A DNA stretch of 55,639 bases from Candidatus Falkowbacteria bacterium (GTDB lineage: Bacteria > Patescibacteriota > Patescibacteriia > UBA11705 > JACRDX01). Shown one piece after another: positions 1 to 9,523 of this stretch. The stretch is taken from assembly GCA_043798985.1 (NCBI GenBank), contig JAZDOE010000023.1, positions 69,626 through 125,264 on the forward strand. The letters are read 5' to 3'. The notes beneath the pieces were generated by a model that saw only the letters and a program-made list of their open reading frames with translations, made no database searches and was not told the DNA's origin. Position 1 is the first letter of the stretch. Every line of letters starts with the position of its first letter. The position numbers and the translations under genes are program-made.

Positions 1-1701
1 TACCGTCGTCATTCCTTGCACTGCTTTAATCAAACCATCCTGATATAGTGTCATCATTTTATTTTTTTCCAACTCTTTGCTCGCAACATCATGTTTAAAT
101 CCATCGGCAATGATTTTACGCATGTTTTCAGTGATTGAAAAAATTTCCGACAAAACAACTCGACCAGAATAGCCTGTGTTTTTACAGGCAGAGCACCCAT
201 GACCATGCCAACCGACCAATTCTTTGTCCAACAAACCATCGGGCAAATGCTCTTGCGGAATGCGCCCCAACTCACGCTGGATTTTTTTCAAAATTTCAGG
301 CGGAAACGCGACTTGCTCTTTGCATTTTTCACAAATGCGGCGCGCCAACCGTTGCGCTATTACCAAATTCAACACAGACGCCAGCAAAAACGGCTCTACT
401 TTCATGTCAATCAACCGCGGAATCGCGCCAAGCGCGTTGTTCGTGTGCAAAGTTGAAAAAAGCAAATGTCCGGTCAGTCCGGCATGAACGACCATTTCAG
501 CTGTTTCATTGTCGCGAATTTCGCCAACCATTATAATGTTTGGATCTTGGCGCAAAATTGACCGCAAACCATTGGCAAAAGTGAAGTTGACGTCAGGATT
601 GATTTGCGACTGGTTCACGCCGGCAATATTATATTCAATCGGATCTTCCAACGTGACGATGTTCACGTCTTCTTTGTTCAAAATGTTCAAAATAGAATAT
701 AGTGTCGTGGATTTTCCAGAACCAGTCGGACCCGTGACCAGCGCCATGCCAAAAGGTTTTTTGATTTCTTTCTCAACAATTGATACAAAATATTCTGAAA
801 AACCAAGCTGCTGCAAAGGTTTGGCGGCTGACGCGGCGTCCAAAAGCCGCATTGTCACTTTTTCTTTGCCCAACAATGGCATTGTTGAAACGCGGAGATC
901 AATTTCTTTTTTACCAATATTGATTTTAAAACGACCATCTTGTGGCGCGCGAGTTTCATCAAGTTGGAGGCGCGCCAAAACTTTGACGCGCGAGACGATT
1001 GAGTCGTGTAGGCCCAACGGAATTATCAGCGCCGTCTGTAAAACGCCATCAATGCGATATCGCACCCTTGAATCCCGGGCGTTTGGTTCAATATGAATAT
1101 CCGAAGCCCCATTTTCAACGGCATGTTTGATGACAATTGAAACGATTTTTGAAACCGGCGCGCTTTTTATCACTTCACCAATCGGCGCGGTTTCCTGATC
1201 ATCATCCGTTTCCTTTGCTTTGTCCGCCTCCTCTTGAACGGCTGGCGCGACTTCTTCGCCGATTGAGGCATAGTTCGCGTAATGCTTTTCCCAGCCAGCG
1301 CGCGAGCACAAATATAATTCTATGCTATATCCTTTTCCATTTGCCCAAAATCCAATTGCCTCGCCAGCGTTAAAATCTTCTGTTTCAGCAAAAGCAATTT
1401 TCAAATGCGCGTCAGCCGCGTCAAAACAAATTGCCCGATATTTTTTAGACAAATCTTCGGGCAAAATCTGAACCACTTGTTTCGCGAGATCAATGTTCAC
1501 CAAATCAACAAATGGAATGCCGCGCAACGTTGCTTTTATGGGCAACAATTTTTCTTCGCTCGCATAGCCGCCTTTTACCAATATTTCTTCCAGCGGCTGG
1601 CCGGTTTTTTCCAAAAGCTGCCGAATCTCAAAAGACTGCGCCTGCGTAATAATGTTTCGCGTCAAAAGAATATTTAAAAATTGTTCATTGGAATAATTCA
1701 T
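1..1701 (-). CDS. pilB: Type IV pilus/T2SS assembly ATPase (PilB/GspE family), runs off the left edge of the window
   Basis: Not in the ORF track; hand translation from ATG 1701: MNYSNEQFLNILL...ASDIHIEP...RYRIDG...PQDGR...Walker A GPTGSGKSTT, TLEDPIEY, LRQDPNIIMVGEIRD, TGHLLFSTLHTN, CEKC. Lies downstream of pilMNO. Confidence 0.9.
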   Translation of the reverse strand, partial: MNYSNEQFLNILLTRNIITQAQSFEIRQLLEKTGQPLEEILVKGGYASEEKLLPIKATLRGIPFVDLVNIDLAKQVVQILPEDLSKKYRAICFDAADAHLKIAFAETEDFNAGEAIGFWANGKGYSIELYLCSRAGWEKHYANYASIGEEVAPAVQEEADKAKETDDDQETAPIGEVIKSAPVSKIVSIVIKHAVENGASDIHIEPNARDSRVRYRIDGVLQTALIIPLGLHDSIVSRVKVLARLQLDETRAPQDGRFKINIGKKEIDLRVSTMPLLGKEKVTMRLLDAASAAKPLQQLGFSEYFVSIVEKEIKKPFGMALVTGPTGSGKSTTLYSILNILNKEDVNIVTLEDPIEYNIAGVNQSQINPDVNFTFANGLRSILRQDPNIIMVGEIRDNETAEMVVHAGLTGHLLFSTLHTNNALGAIPRLIDMKVEPFLLASVLNLVIAQRLARRICEKCKEQVAFPPEILKKIQRELGRIPQEHLPDGLLDKELVGWHGHGCSACKNTGYSGRVVLSEIFSITENMRKIIADGFKHDVASKELEKNKMMTLYQDGLIKAVQGMTTV

Positions 1702-1713
1702 TTTTGTAAAATA

Positions 1714-2019
1714 CTACTGCGCCTTAAACGGATTGTCTTTTTTATTTATTTTGGTTTTATCAATATTCAATGGAAATTCCGCTTGCAATTTTAATTCGCT
1801 GAAACGTTTTTCGTTCGCGATTTTATCTTTCAATTCAACAAAGTTTAATTCAACTTGCTCTGTCGCGCCGCCGCTTGTTGATATGGTCTGACCCTTTAAC
1901 AAAATTTGCGGCGCGAAATATTTCAAATTGACAATCAAAATCGCGAACAACAAAAACGCTGCCAGCACTATCCAAAATGCTATTTGCCACGCCTGTTTTT
2001 TATTTTCGCTCGTTAACAT
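1714..2019 (-). CDS. Small single-TM protein in pilus operon (positionally PilP-like; family not recognised)
   Basis: 101 aa ORF with one N-terminal hydrophobic helix, between pilO and pilB, same strand. Confidence 0.6.
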   Translation of the reverse strand: MLTSENKKQAWQIAFWIVLAAFLLFAILIVNLKYFAPQILLKGQTISTSGGATEQVELNFVELKDKIANEKRFSELKLQAEFPLNIDKTKINKKDNPFKAQ

Positions 2020-2021
2020 AA

Positions 2022-2089
2022 TATTTCAATATTGAGACATTCGAATTTCTAATTTGTTTCGTATTTAGTGCTTCGGATTTCGAATTTCA
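2022..2089. repeat. 7-nt-periodic (TCGAAAT-like) repeat family, partial copy
   Basis: aatttgtttcgtatttagtgcttcggatttcgaattt closely matches the copies at 6741, 10627, 21701 and 30950. Confidence 0.8.
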
Positions 2090-2091
2090 TA

Positions 2092-2692
2092 TTAGTCAAT
2101 CGGCAAATAATACGAGGTCAAAATCACGACATAACCTTGCGTTTGCGGCGAATAATTTAAGGCTTTTATATCCATTAGCCGCAAACTGTTTGTCGCGTCA
2201 GCAACAAATTTTTTCAATATAAAATAATCACCTCCCATCAAATTTAAATTCATTGTGACAGCCTGAACTTTGCCAATGGTATTTTTTTCACTTTTTGGCA
2301 ATTCTGCGTTAAACGATGACAGTGTCAACTGATTTTTTTTTGGCGATTTCTGAAATTTGCAAATATAATTCTGGCAATTCAGCATCATACGGCAAAGCAG
2401 AATAAAGTTTTTTCACCGAACTTTCCATTTGCGACAAATCCAGTTTTGCGGATTTTAATGACACCAATTTTGCCTGTTGTTCTGTTAAACTTTTTTCCAA
2501 ATTGGCCAGTTGAGACAACGGCGCGCGCACATCAGCTTTGTAATGGTAAAATCCGCAAAGCAAAATCACAAACACCAAAATCAAAACAAAACCCATCAAA
2601 ATGCTGTCCTGATAAACATGCGCAAAACGAAAAAGTGCGTTTGGCTTTTTGTCAGCGTTCATCTGATGCTCTTGTTTTATTATGTCAACCAT
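2092..2692 (-). pseudogene. pilO: PilO-like pilus assembly protein split by a frameshift in an A9 run (could be an assembly error or phase variation)
   Basis: ORFs 2309-2692 (TM, coiled coil, LPYDAELPELYLQISEIAKK) and 2092-2388 (NQLTLSSF...GGDYFILKKFV...RLMDI) join into one 199-aa protein if one A of the run at 2333-2341 is removed; span 601 nt = 3n+1. Located after pilM-pilN. Confidence 0.75.
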
Positions 2693-2715
2693 ATAAAAGC
2701 CCCAGTTACCAATTA

Positions 2716-3564
2716 CTAGTTACCAGCCCCTATTTCGTTTAAAAACGCGTCGGCTAATTCCAAATTAACTTGAAAACTAACTTGCCCTGGTTTTGTTCCA
2801 GTCAGACTGCCGGAATTTATTTCAACTTTTTTCACAAAATCGGTCGCGCCCTGAAAAACTTTTAACTGCAATGCCAGTTGCGTGTAATCATCCGCGACCG
2901 CTGACAATGTAATCTTGCCATTGTCTTCAGCAACCAAATCATTGTAATCCACTGCTGGCAAAGTGTACGCTTCCAGATAATTAAAAAACTTTCCCCAATA
3001 AACATGCTTGTCCAACAATGATTTAACTGCCGCGAAACGTTTACTGATTTTTACAAAATCGCTCTGGCTGGATTCGTATTGTTTAATTTCCCGCTGAACA
3101 AGCGCCAGTTGTTTGTTGACTTGAATTTGGTTATCCAAAACTTGCAAATTGTAAAATTTTGCTGCGCTGAAAACAATGCCATACAGCAGAGCAAATACAA
3201 AAACTACTCTTGCCATTTGTGCCAGCAAAACAAAAAAATCTTTTTTATAAATTTCTGTGTTTTCCACTTTTAACAAATCCATTGTCAATTTCGCGCGGCG
3301 GCTAGACCTGCCAAGGTCAAACAACCCTGAAAAAAATTGTTTAACTCCGCCCGAAGAACCAACCACTTTTGTCTTGCCAACCAACACGCGCGGCTGTTCG
3401 ACTTTTTTCTGCTGCAACAACTCTTTGTAAGTTTCTCGCGGAGCAACAACAGCCAGCCGTTCTATTTTTTTGCCATTATTAATTTGCCGTAACTTAATTT
3501 CTTCCGGCGACATTTTCGCTGGCAAGTCCCCTTTTCTTAATTCTTCTGGCAACAAATTGATCAT
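2716..3564 (-). CDS. pilN: PilN-like pilus assembly protein
   Basis: Starts MINLLP (typical PilN N-terminus), one TM helix then coiled coil and ferredoxin-like end; directly after pilM. Confidence 0.65.
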   Translation of the reverse strand: MINLLPEELRKGDLPAKMSPEEIKLRQINNGKKIERLAVVAPRETYKELLQQKKVEQPRVLVGKTKVVGSSGGVKQFFSGLFDLGRSSRRAKLTMDLLKVENTEIYKKDFFVLLAQMARVVFVFALLYGIVFSAAKFYNLQVLDNQIQVNKQLALVQREIKQYESSQSDFVKISKRFAAVKSLLDKHVYWGKFFNYLEAYTLPAVDYNDLVAEDNGKITLSAVADDYTQLALQLKVFQGATDFVKKVEINSGSLTGTKPGQVSFQVNLELADAFLNEIGAGN

Positions 3565-3566
3565 AA

Positions 3567-4661
3567 TTAAAAGTTGCGAAGCGCCAGCCCAATCGCAGGC
3601 GCGAATCGCGGCCCGATTTCATCCAAAATCGGTTGCATTTCCTCCGGATAAATAATGCGCGCCCATGGATTTCCAACAAATGCTCTGATATTAAAAATGG
3701 TTTCTAGATGTTTTCCAAGATTCAAAAGATTGGCTGACCCGCCGGATAAAATAATTCGTTCAATTCTTTTATTCTGATTTCCCGGCTGTTCAAGGAAAAA
3801 GTTTATAACGTAGCGCATTTCATTCACAATCGGTTCCAAAAAATCTTTAAACGCTTTTGGCATTTGCATTTCAGAATTATGATTTCCAGCCAAATGCGCG
3901 CCCAAATCTCGTTTGAATTGTTCTGCGGCTCCAACGTCCGTTCCTAGTGTCCTTGCCATTATGGCGCTCAATTGCGTGCCGCCATGCGTGACACTGCGCT
4001 CAATATAAGGAATACTGTTTTCAACGATCACGACAGTCGTATCACTCGCGCCAAGATCAACTATCATTGCCACTGATTTATCATTGCCGAGCAATGCGCG
4101 CGTCAAAGCAAATGCTTCTGTTTCCAAACTTATCAATTCCATACCGGCGCGCTGGAAAGCATCCAGATATTTTTGAACGACTTTTTTTGCCGCGCCGGTG
4201 AGTAAAACCTGCGCGCTTTTCATTGCTTTGTCATTTTTCACACCTGTCACACTTTCCAAAACTTTCCAATCCAAAATCATTTCGTTCAATGGCAAAGGCA
4301 CAACTTTTTTCGCTTCCCACTCAACGGCCGCTGATAATTTTTTAGGAGATGTTAATTCGTCTTTTGAAATATTCGGTAAATTGATAATCGTAGAAAAAAC
4401 CGCGTTTGATGGCAACGCGCTGATTGCTTTCTTCGTTTTTACGCCAGCCTTTGTCGCAACTTCTTTCAAAACCTCTGCCAAACGTTGCGGCTCGTCCAAC
4501 AAATTCCCGATCTTTTCGCCCATTAGCCGCTCCAAATAACCGTAAGTTTCCAACTTCGGATGACCCGCGCCAACAGACAACTCCACCATTTTCACGCTGG
4601 CTCCGCCAATATCAATACCCAAAAAGCTTTGACCCTTTTCTTTTGAAAATAAATTAAACAT
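3567..4661 (-). CDS. pilM: Type IV pilus assembly protein PilM (actin-like)
   Basis: FLGIDIGGASVKMVEL, AVEWEAKKVVPLP, MIVDLGASDT, IILSGGSANL, APAIGLALR. Confidence 0.92.
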   Translation of the reverse strand: MFNLFSKEKGQSFLGIDIGGASVKMVELSVGAGHPKLETYGYLERLMGEKIGNLLDEPQRLAEVLKEVATKAGVKTKKAISALPSNAVFSTIINLPNISKDELTSPKKLSAAVEWEAKKVVPLPLNEMILDWKVLESVTGVKNDKAMKSAQVLLTGAAKKVVQKYLDAFQRAGMELISLETEAFALTRALLGNDKSVAMIVDLGASDTTVVIVENSIPYIERSVTHGGTQLSAIMARTLGTDVGAAEQFKRDLGAHLAGNHNSEMQMPKAFKDFLEPIVNEMRYVINFFLEQPGNQNKRIERIILSGGSANLLNLGKHLETIFNIRAFVGNPWARIIYPEEMQPILDEIGPRFAPAIGLALRNF

Positions 4662-4667
4662 ATCTTT

Positions 4668-4676
4668 ATTTTACCA
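4668..4676 (-). promoter_or_regulatory. Extended -10 promoter (TGGTAAAAT) 6 nt upstream of pilM ATG, probably leaderless mRNA
   Basis: Minus-strand TGgTAAAAT-aaagat-ATG; no SD. Confidence 0.5.
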
Positions 4677-4719
4677 CATTTTCCGCATTACCGCCAAATT
4701 TAAATGGGGATAAATCCAA

Positions 4720-4800
4720 TGTCATTGCGAGGAGTCTGCGACGAAGCAATCTGGGCCTCGTACCAATTACGAGATTGCCACGCAAAGCCTCGCAATGACA
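4720..4800. repeat. CGTC/TGTC-tagged REP-like palindrome, full copy
   Basis: Perfect 13-bp terminal inverted repeat tgtcattgcgagg...cctcgcaatgaca with inner gcaatct...agattgc stem. Confidence 0.85.
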
Positions 4801-4804
4801 GCCG

Positions 4805-6289
4805 CTATTCAGTAACCCAACTCGGCAAACCTTTCGCAATATCCGCAAACCCCGGCGGCGTATTTGCCAAAACCCTGCCGTCATAAATAATTTGTTCTGC
4901 CGGCGCTTTTGTCTGCAAATCAACAAATTCTCGCTGAAATTCAAAAACCTGCGCAACCATTAGCCCACCAACTTTTAGTTGTTTTTTGCTCGCGCCTGTT
5001 GAAATTTTTCCTTCCGCGTAAAAATTACCAACCAAATTCTCAACATCCGGCGCGATTATAATATTGCCGGCTAAACCATTTTTTTTCAAAACAATCACGC
5101 CCAACGAAGCAACCTCTTTTGTGTTTTTCACTGGCGTTTGCTGGTAACCGATATTGTTGTTGATATTCAAATTTCCACGCACAACCAACGTGCCGTTACC
5201 CAATTTGCCGTTTATGCCGTTGTTGATAATCCAGTCGCTGTTCAATTGCAAATCGCCATCATAATAATAAACCTGCCCATTCAGCGGATTATCAATATCG
5301 CCAAACATTTTTATGTCCTCGCGCAAACCAGATTGCCCGGCAAGCAATCCTTTTACATTCAAAAATCCCAATTGGTCGGCGTAATAATTGTTTTCAGTTT
5401 TCGGAAAGCCAAGTTTAACATTTTCCTGCTCGCAATTTTCGCCGCACGCGCTGTCAAAGTGCACAATTTTACCGCCAGCTTGCAATAAAAATGTCGCGTT
5501 GCTTTTTCCAGTTGGCGCGGTTGGCGTGTAAAGCGAACCAATGTTGCCGCCCGAATAAACATCACCAACAACATTCACGTACGGACCATGAACTTCGGTT
5601 GATGAAAATTTCGGATGAAACGAAAACCAGCCAAAGCCAGAGTTGCTGGCCGTATCCCCGTTCCAACCCCAACCTGCCAAAGTGTTTGTCGCAAAATCAA
5701 CGGCCATTCCATATTCATAACACGTTGAACATGCCGCACACGTTCCCGCAACAAGGTCGCAGGATGAACAGTCTGCGCAAAAATTTCTAGAGCCAGCAAC
5801 CTGCTGGTCTGAAAAACAAAAAGAGCAATTTTTGTCGCCCTTGTCGCAATTTCTGCATTGATAAAATTTCGCAAACGCGTTTGCAGATTGTTTGCCAATC
5901 AATTTCATCCAACCGTTTGTCCCCAAAACAGGCCAAGCCGCCCAACCAGAGATTAAGCCATTGGCTTGCAATCTTGCTTCTGGCGCCAATCCTTCTGGCG
6001 TCACATTCAAACCAAAATTTTTACAACTTGTGCCAAAGCATAACCACCCGCCATATTCTGACCACGCCAATCCGGACAAAGTTTGTCCGCTTTTGTCATA
6101 ATCAACGCCATAATCAACAAAGCAGGCATTCGCAATTTCTTCGTTGTAGCAATTCATTGAAACCCAGCCGATGTTTTCTGACCATGCCCAGCCGCGGATT
6201 TTGTTGCTTTTGCCAGCAAAAATATCAGCAGACGGCAATATAACCGCCAATAGTAAAATTACTGCGATAACAAAAACCCTCCGGTTCAT
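4805..6289 (-). CDS. Secreted protein with GWAW...GW repeats and a Cys-rich segment, upstream of pilM
   Basis: 494 aa; signal-like N-terminus; repeats GWAWSENIGWVSMNC, GLAWSEYGGWLCF, GWGWNG..GFGWFSF; several CxxC motifs. Confidence 0.75.
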   Translation of the reverse strand: MNRRVFVIAVILLLAVILPSADIFAGKSNKIRGWAWSENIGWVSMNCYNEEIANACFVDYGVDYDKSGQTLSGLAWSEYGGWLCFGTSCKNFGLNVTPEGLAPEARLQANGLISGWAAWPVLGTNGWMKLIGKQSANAFAKFYQCRNCDKGDKNCSFCFSDQQVAGSRNFCADCSSCDLVAGTCAACSTCYEYGMAVDFATNTLAGWGWNGDTASNSGFGWFSFHPKFSSTEVHGPYVNVVGDVYSGGNIGSLYTPTAPTGKSNATFLLQAGGKIVHFDSACGENCEQENVKLGFPKTENNYYADQLGFLNVKGLLAGQSGLREDIKMFGDIDNPLNGQVYYYDGDLQLNSDWIINNGINGKLGNGTLVVRGNLNINNNIGYQQTPVKNTKEVASLGVIVLKKNGLAGNIIIAPDVENLVGNFYAEGKISTGASKKQLKVGGLMVAQVFEFQREFVDLQTKAPAEQIIYDGRVLANTPPGFADIAKGLPSWVTE

Positions 6290-6317
6290 ATTTGCTTACA
6301 TTATAGCACATTCAACA

Positions 6318-6737
6318 TTACGACGCATCCAGCGCATCATTCAGCAACGCGTCTGCCAATTTATTGTCCTCGCGATAAACGTGCTTGTAAATCACTTTTT
6401 TAAACTGCTGCTGCAAATTGTGAATTTTCAAAAATTGCAAAGCCAAATCCTGATTTTTCACTTTATACTCGCCATTCAATTGCCGCACAACCAACTCGCT
6501 GTCCAAATGAAACTCCAACTCCTCACCGCCCAGCTCTTTTGCTTTTTGCAATGCCAAAACAACTGCCTGATATTCTGCCTGATTGTTCGTCGTAGCGCCA
6601 ATACATTTTCCTTCTTTGTAAATAACTTTACCCCGCCCTGGCGGGGTTCCGTTTTCCTCAATCACCACGCCGATCGCAGCTGGCCCCGGATTCCCTCTTG
6701 CCCCACCATCCGTATGTATTAAAAACTTTTTATTCAT
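6318..6737 (-). CDS. rnhA: Ribonuclease HI family protein
   Basis: HTDGGARGNPGPAAIG, TNNQAEY, LDSELVVRQ, HVYREDNKLAD. Confidence 0.92.
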   Translation of the reverse strand: MNKKFLIHTDGGARGNPGPAAIGVVIEENGTPPGRGKVIYKEGKCIGATTNNQAEYQAVVLALQKAKELGGEELEFHLDSELVVRQLNGEYKVKNQDLALQFLKIHNLQQQFKKVIYKHVYREDNKLADALLNDALDAS

Positions 6738-6740
6738 AGT

Positions 6741-6855
6741 AAAATTCGAATATCGAAATACGAAACAAATTAGAAATCAGAATGTTCCAATATTGAAACA
6801 TTGTGATTTAGTGCTTCGAATTTGTTTAGAACTTCGAGCTTCGTGCTTCGGATTT
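6741..6855. repeat. 7-nt-periodic hairpin repeat; overlaps recJ stop and encodes its last residues
   Basis: aaattcgaatatcgaaatacgaaacaaat...tttgtttagaacttcgagcttcgtgcttcggattt; quasi-palindromic. Confidence 0.85.
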
Positions 6856-8574
6856 AATGTCAACTACTTTATATTGTATTTCGCTCGCGCCATTCCACAC
6901 GTTCAGCCCAGCCTCAACCACTGCATCCACAATATCGCCAATCCGCAGTTTTGACAATTGCTCAACATTGCTAAAACAAATCAGACGATAAATAAACGAA
7001 TGATTTGGCTCGCAGACAAACATTTGCAAATATTTTCCATCCTTGCCAACAACTTTAGTGCCAACAATTTCCAAATTTTTTACCAAAAATACTGGCGCAC
7101 GATTTCCCTCGCCAAATGGTTCAAAATAATCAAGCATTCCAAGAAGATTTTGTTTCAAATTCAAAAGTTCGGCGGCCGCGTCAATTTCCAAAATCGGTTC
7201 TGCGCTTGTTGGCGCCACTTTTGCCAAATGTTCGTGCAATTCATCTGCTAATTTTTCAATCGTTGCGTCAGCTTTCAACGTAAATCCGCACGCGCCACTA
7301 TGCCCGCCCAGTCTGCAAAAATAATTTTCAAAAAGTCTGAACGTTTCAACAACATTGACCGACCCAGCTTGCCCCTTTGGGGTTCCGCGAACCGAACCGA
7401 CGACGTTTCCATTGACCATCGTAGCAACAACAGCCGGCTTTGAAAAACTTTCCGCCAGCTTTCCGGCGACCAATCCGCAAACTCCGATTTCCCATTTTTC
7501 GCTGTAAACAAAATAAATATTTCTGTCCCCTATTTCACCAACCTGCGACTTGGCTTCTTTTAAAATTCTTTCGGTCAATTGCTGGCGTTGAGAATTTAAC
7601 TTGTGCAATTCGCAACCGATTTTATCAGCCTCTTCTCCGTCTTCTGTCACCAACAATTTGAACGCCTGATTCGCGTGATTCATCCTGCCCGCGGCGTTTA
7701 GCCGCGGCCCGATTTGAAAACCAATTGTCGCGACGCTTATTGATTCAATGTCAGCGCCAATGAGTTTTAAAAGTTTTTGCAAACCAAGCCATTGCGTTTG
7801 TTTTAAAACCAAAACTCCATATTTTGCCAAAACCCGATTCTCATCCAAAAGCGGCATGCAATCTGCCACTGTCCCGATCGCAACTAAATCCAGCAACCAC
7901 TTTTCCAACCCCGCCACTCCGCCATATTGTTGCAGAGACGTTTCATGAAACGTCTCTACGGCCTGCCGCAATATCGCCTGCGCCAATTTATATGCAACGC
8001 CCACTCCCGCCAAATCGCGAAACGGATAATTTTTGTCAAACTTAGGGTTGATGATTGCCAATGCCCGCGGCGATTTGGCGGGCGGTTCATGATGGTCGGT
8101 GACAATAACATCAACACCGTTTTGTTCCAAAAAATTTATCTCTTCAAAATTTGAAATTCCGCAATCAACAGTAATCAACAACGAATATTTTTTCGCCACA
8201 AAATCCGCTGCTGTATTCATATTCAAGCCATAGCCTTCTTGCTCTCTGCTTGGAATAAAAACTTCAACGCGACCACCAAGGATCGTTAAAACTTTATACA
8301 ACACAGCTGCCGCAGTCACTCCGTCCGCATCATAATCTCCATGGATTACAATTGATTCTTTATTTTCAATTGCCAACAAAATTCTAGCGACCGCGACGTT
8401 CATGTCCTTAAACAAAAAAGGATCATGCAATTTTGAATAATCCGGATGAAAAAATTTCTTTGCCGTTGCTCTATCAAAAATTCCGCGGTTAAATAACAAC
8501 TGGTTTAGCTCGGATGAATATCCGAGCTTTTCCGCGATATCCGCTGGCACTTGTGGTTTTAATTTCCATTCCAT
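6826..8574 (-). CDS. recJ: Single-stranded-DNA exonuclease RecJ
   Basis: HGDYDADG, LITVDCG, VTDHHEP, LAGVGVAYKL, GTVADCMPL, GPRLNAAGR, GGHSGACG, EPFGEGN. Confidence 0.95.
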   Translation of the reverse strand: MEWKLKPQVPADIAEKLGYSSELNQLLFNRGIFDRATAKKFFHPDYSKLHDPFLFKDMNVAVARILLAIENKESIVIHGDYDADGVTAAAVLYKVLTILGGRVEVFIPSREQEGYGLNMNTAADFVAKKYSLLITVDCGISNFEEINFLEQNGVDVIVTDHHEPPAKSPRALAIINPKFDKNYPFRDLAGVGVAYKLAQAILRQAVETFHETSLQQYGGVAGLEKWLLDLVAIGTVADCMPLLDENRVLAKYGVLVLKQTQWLGLQKLLKLIGADIESISVATIGFQIGPRLNAAGRMNHANQAFKLLVTEDGEEADKIGCELHKLNSQRQQLTERILKEAKSQVGEIGDRNIYFVYSEKWEIGVCGLVAGKLAESFSKPAVVATMVNGNVVGSVRGTPKGQAGSVNVVETFRLFENYFCRLGGHSGACGFTLKADATIEKLADELHEHLAKVAPTSAEPILEIDAAAELLNLKQNLLGMLDYFEPFGEGNRAPVFLVKNLEIVGTKVVGKDGKYLQMFVCEPNHSFIYRLICFSNVEQLSKLRIGDIVDAVVEAGLNVWNGASEIQYKVVDIKSEARSSKF

Positions 8575-8623
8575 AGTTATTACATTTTATCACATTAAAT
8601 TTTTTTTTGTAACCCCGTTTTCC

Positions 8624-8653
8624 TGTAGAGACGAGATATATCTCGTCTCTACA
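8624..8653. repeat. GTAG-tagged perfect 30-bp palindrome
   Basis: tgtagagacgagata|tatctcgtctctaca; related copy inside recJ at 7934-7957. Confidence 0.85.
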
Positions 8654-8765
8654 TATATAAATACCATTTCAAAAACCCTTCGCAAAATTGAGGGGTGTGT
8701 ATAAATGCACCCCGTCATTCACCCGCCAAGAGCTCACGCACTTTGGCGGGTTGATTGAAACAATC

Positions 8766-8796
8766 AAAAAACCGCGGAATTAATTTAATCCCGCGG
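8766..8796 (-). terminator. Intrinsic terminator after the 8816 gene
   Basis: ccgcgg...ccgcgg stem followed by a T tract on the minus strand; a second hairpin acccgccaa...ttggcgggt at 8721-8751. Confidence 0.55.
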
Positions 8797-8815
8797 CAAG
8801 CGCATTGCGCTTTCG

Positions 8816-9523
8816 CTACAACACATCCCATGTCACAGCCTTAACAGCCAAACCGACTTCTGCCAGCTTTGGGTCAAGATACTTTTTCAGCAGGTCAAGA
8901 AATGCCGCCTGCTGCTCTGTCCGCAGTGGATTGTAAAACTCGGACAACTCCTTGCTGTGCGCGTCGTTGAAATCATACACGACAAGCTTCACGAGCCGCA
9001 GGTATCGTGCTTCGAATTGCTCGTGCGACATCTGCCCGTCGTATGGCGCCATAGCAACGACTGCCTCCACGAACTTCTTGACGTCAACTTCTTCAAACGC
9101 TACCGTGTAATGGACTTCCCGAACTTTCGGGTTCTCGGTGATCGGCTTTACCACCGTCGAAATCGGCTTCGGGCTTGCGGTGTAGTTCACACAGTTGTCA
9201 TAATTCCACGCGAGTGGCACATTAACATCAACAACCTTGCCTTGCTCGTCTAATGTCGCCAATCTTGCTGCGAATGGGTTGGTCGCCCTTCCAATATCAG
9301 ACTGCCAACTATCAGACTGCCAACCCTCTCCGTTGAACTCTACGACCAACGGCGCGAAAAGCAATGCCACTGTGAGCAAGCAACATACCATGAATCCCAG
9401 CGCGATGAACTGCTGCACTCTTCTACCTCTCCGCACACGATCAGCATTTGCGACCTTGCAACCCAACACAATCGCGCCAAGAGCCAGCACCACAATCACC
9501 GCCAACCAAATCCCTGTTGCCAT
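8816..9523 (-). CDS. Two-TM membrane protein, GC-rich, SD-led; weak SPFH-like C-terminus
   Basis: Start moved to ATG 9523 because GGAGGT lies 6 nt upstream; two hydrophobic helices; candidate promoter TTGCTT(9602-9607)-17-TAATCT(9579-9584). Confidence 0.7.
   Translation of the reverse strand: MATGIWLAVIVVLALGAIVLGCKVANADRVRRGRRVQQFIALGFMVCCLLTVALLFAPLVVEFNGEGWQSDSWQSDIGRATNPFAARLATLDEQGKVVDVNVPLAWNYDNCVNYTASPKPISTVVKPITENPKVREVHYTVAFEEVDVKKFVEAVVAMAPYDGQMSHEQFEARYLRLVKLVVYDFNDAHSKELSEFYNPLRTEQQAAFLDLLKKYLDPKLAEVGLAVKAVTWDVL

Noticed and set aside
509-1096. 195-aa plus-strand ORF
   Set aside because: Antisense shadow of pilB, which has all family motifs on the minus strand.
1530-1701. c-di-GMP-binding MshEN motif in PilB
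   Set aside because: The fold-like pattern is present but the RLG and conserved Gly of the first motif are missing (QFLNILLTRNII), so binding cannot be supported.
4666-4956. Short ORFs across the pilM upstream region
   Set aside because: They are translations of the CGTC palindrome and the neighbouring gene end.
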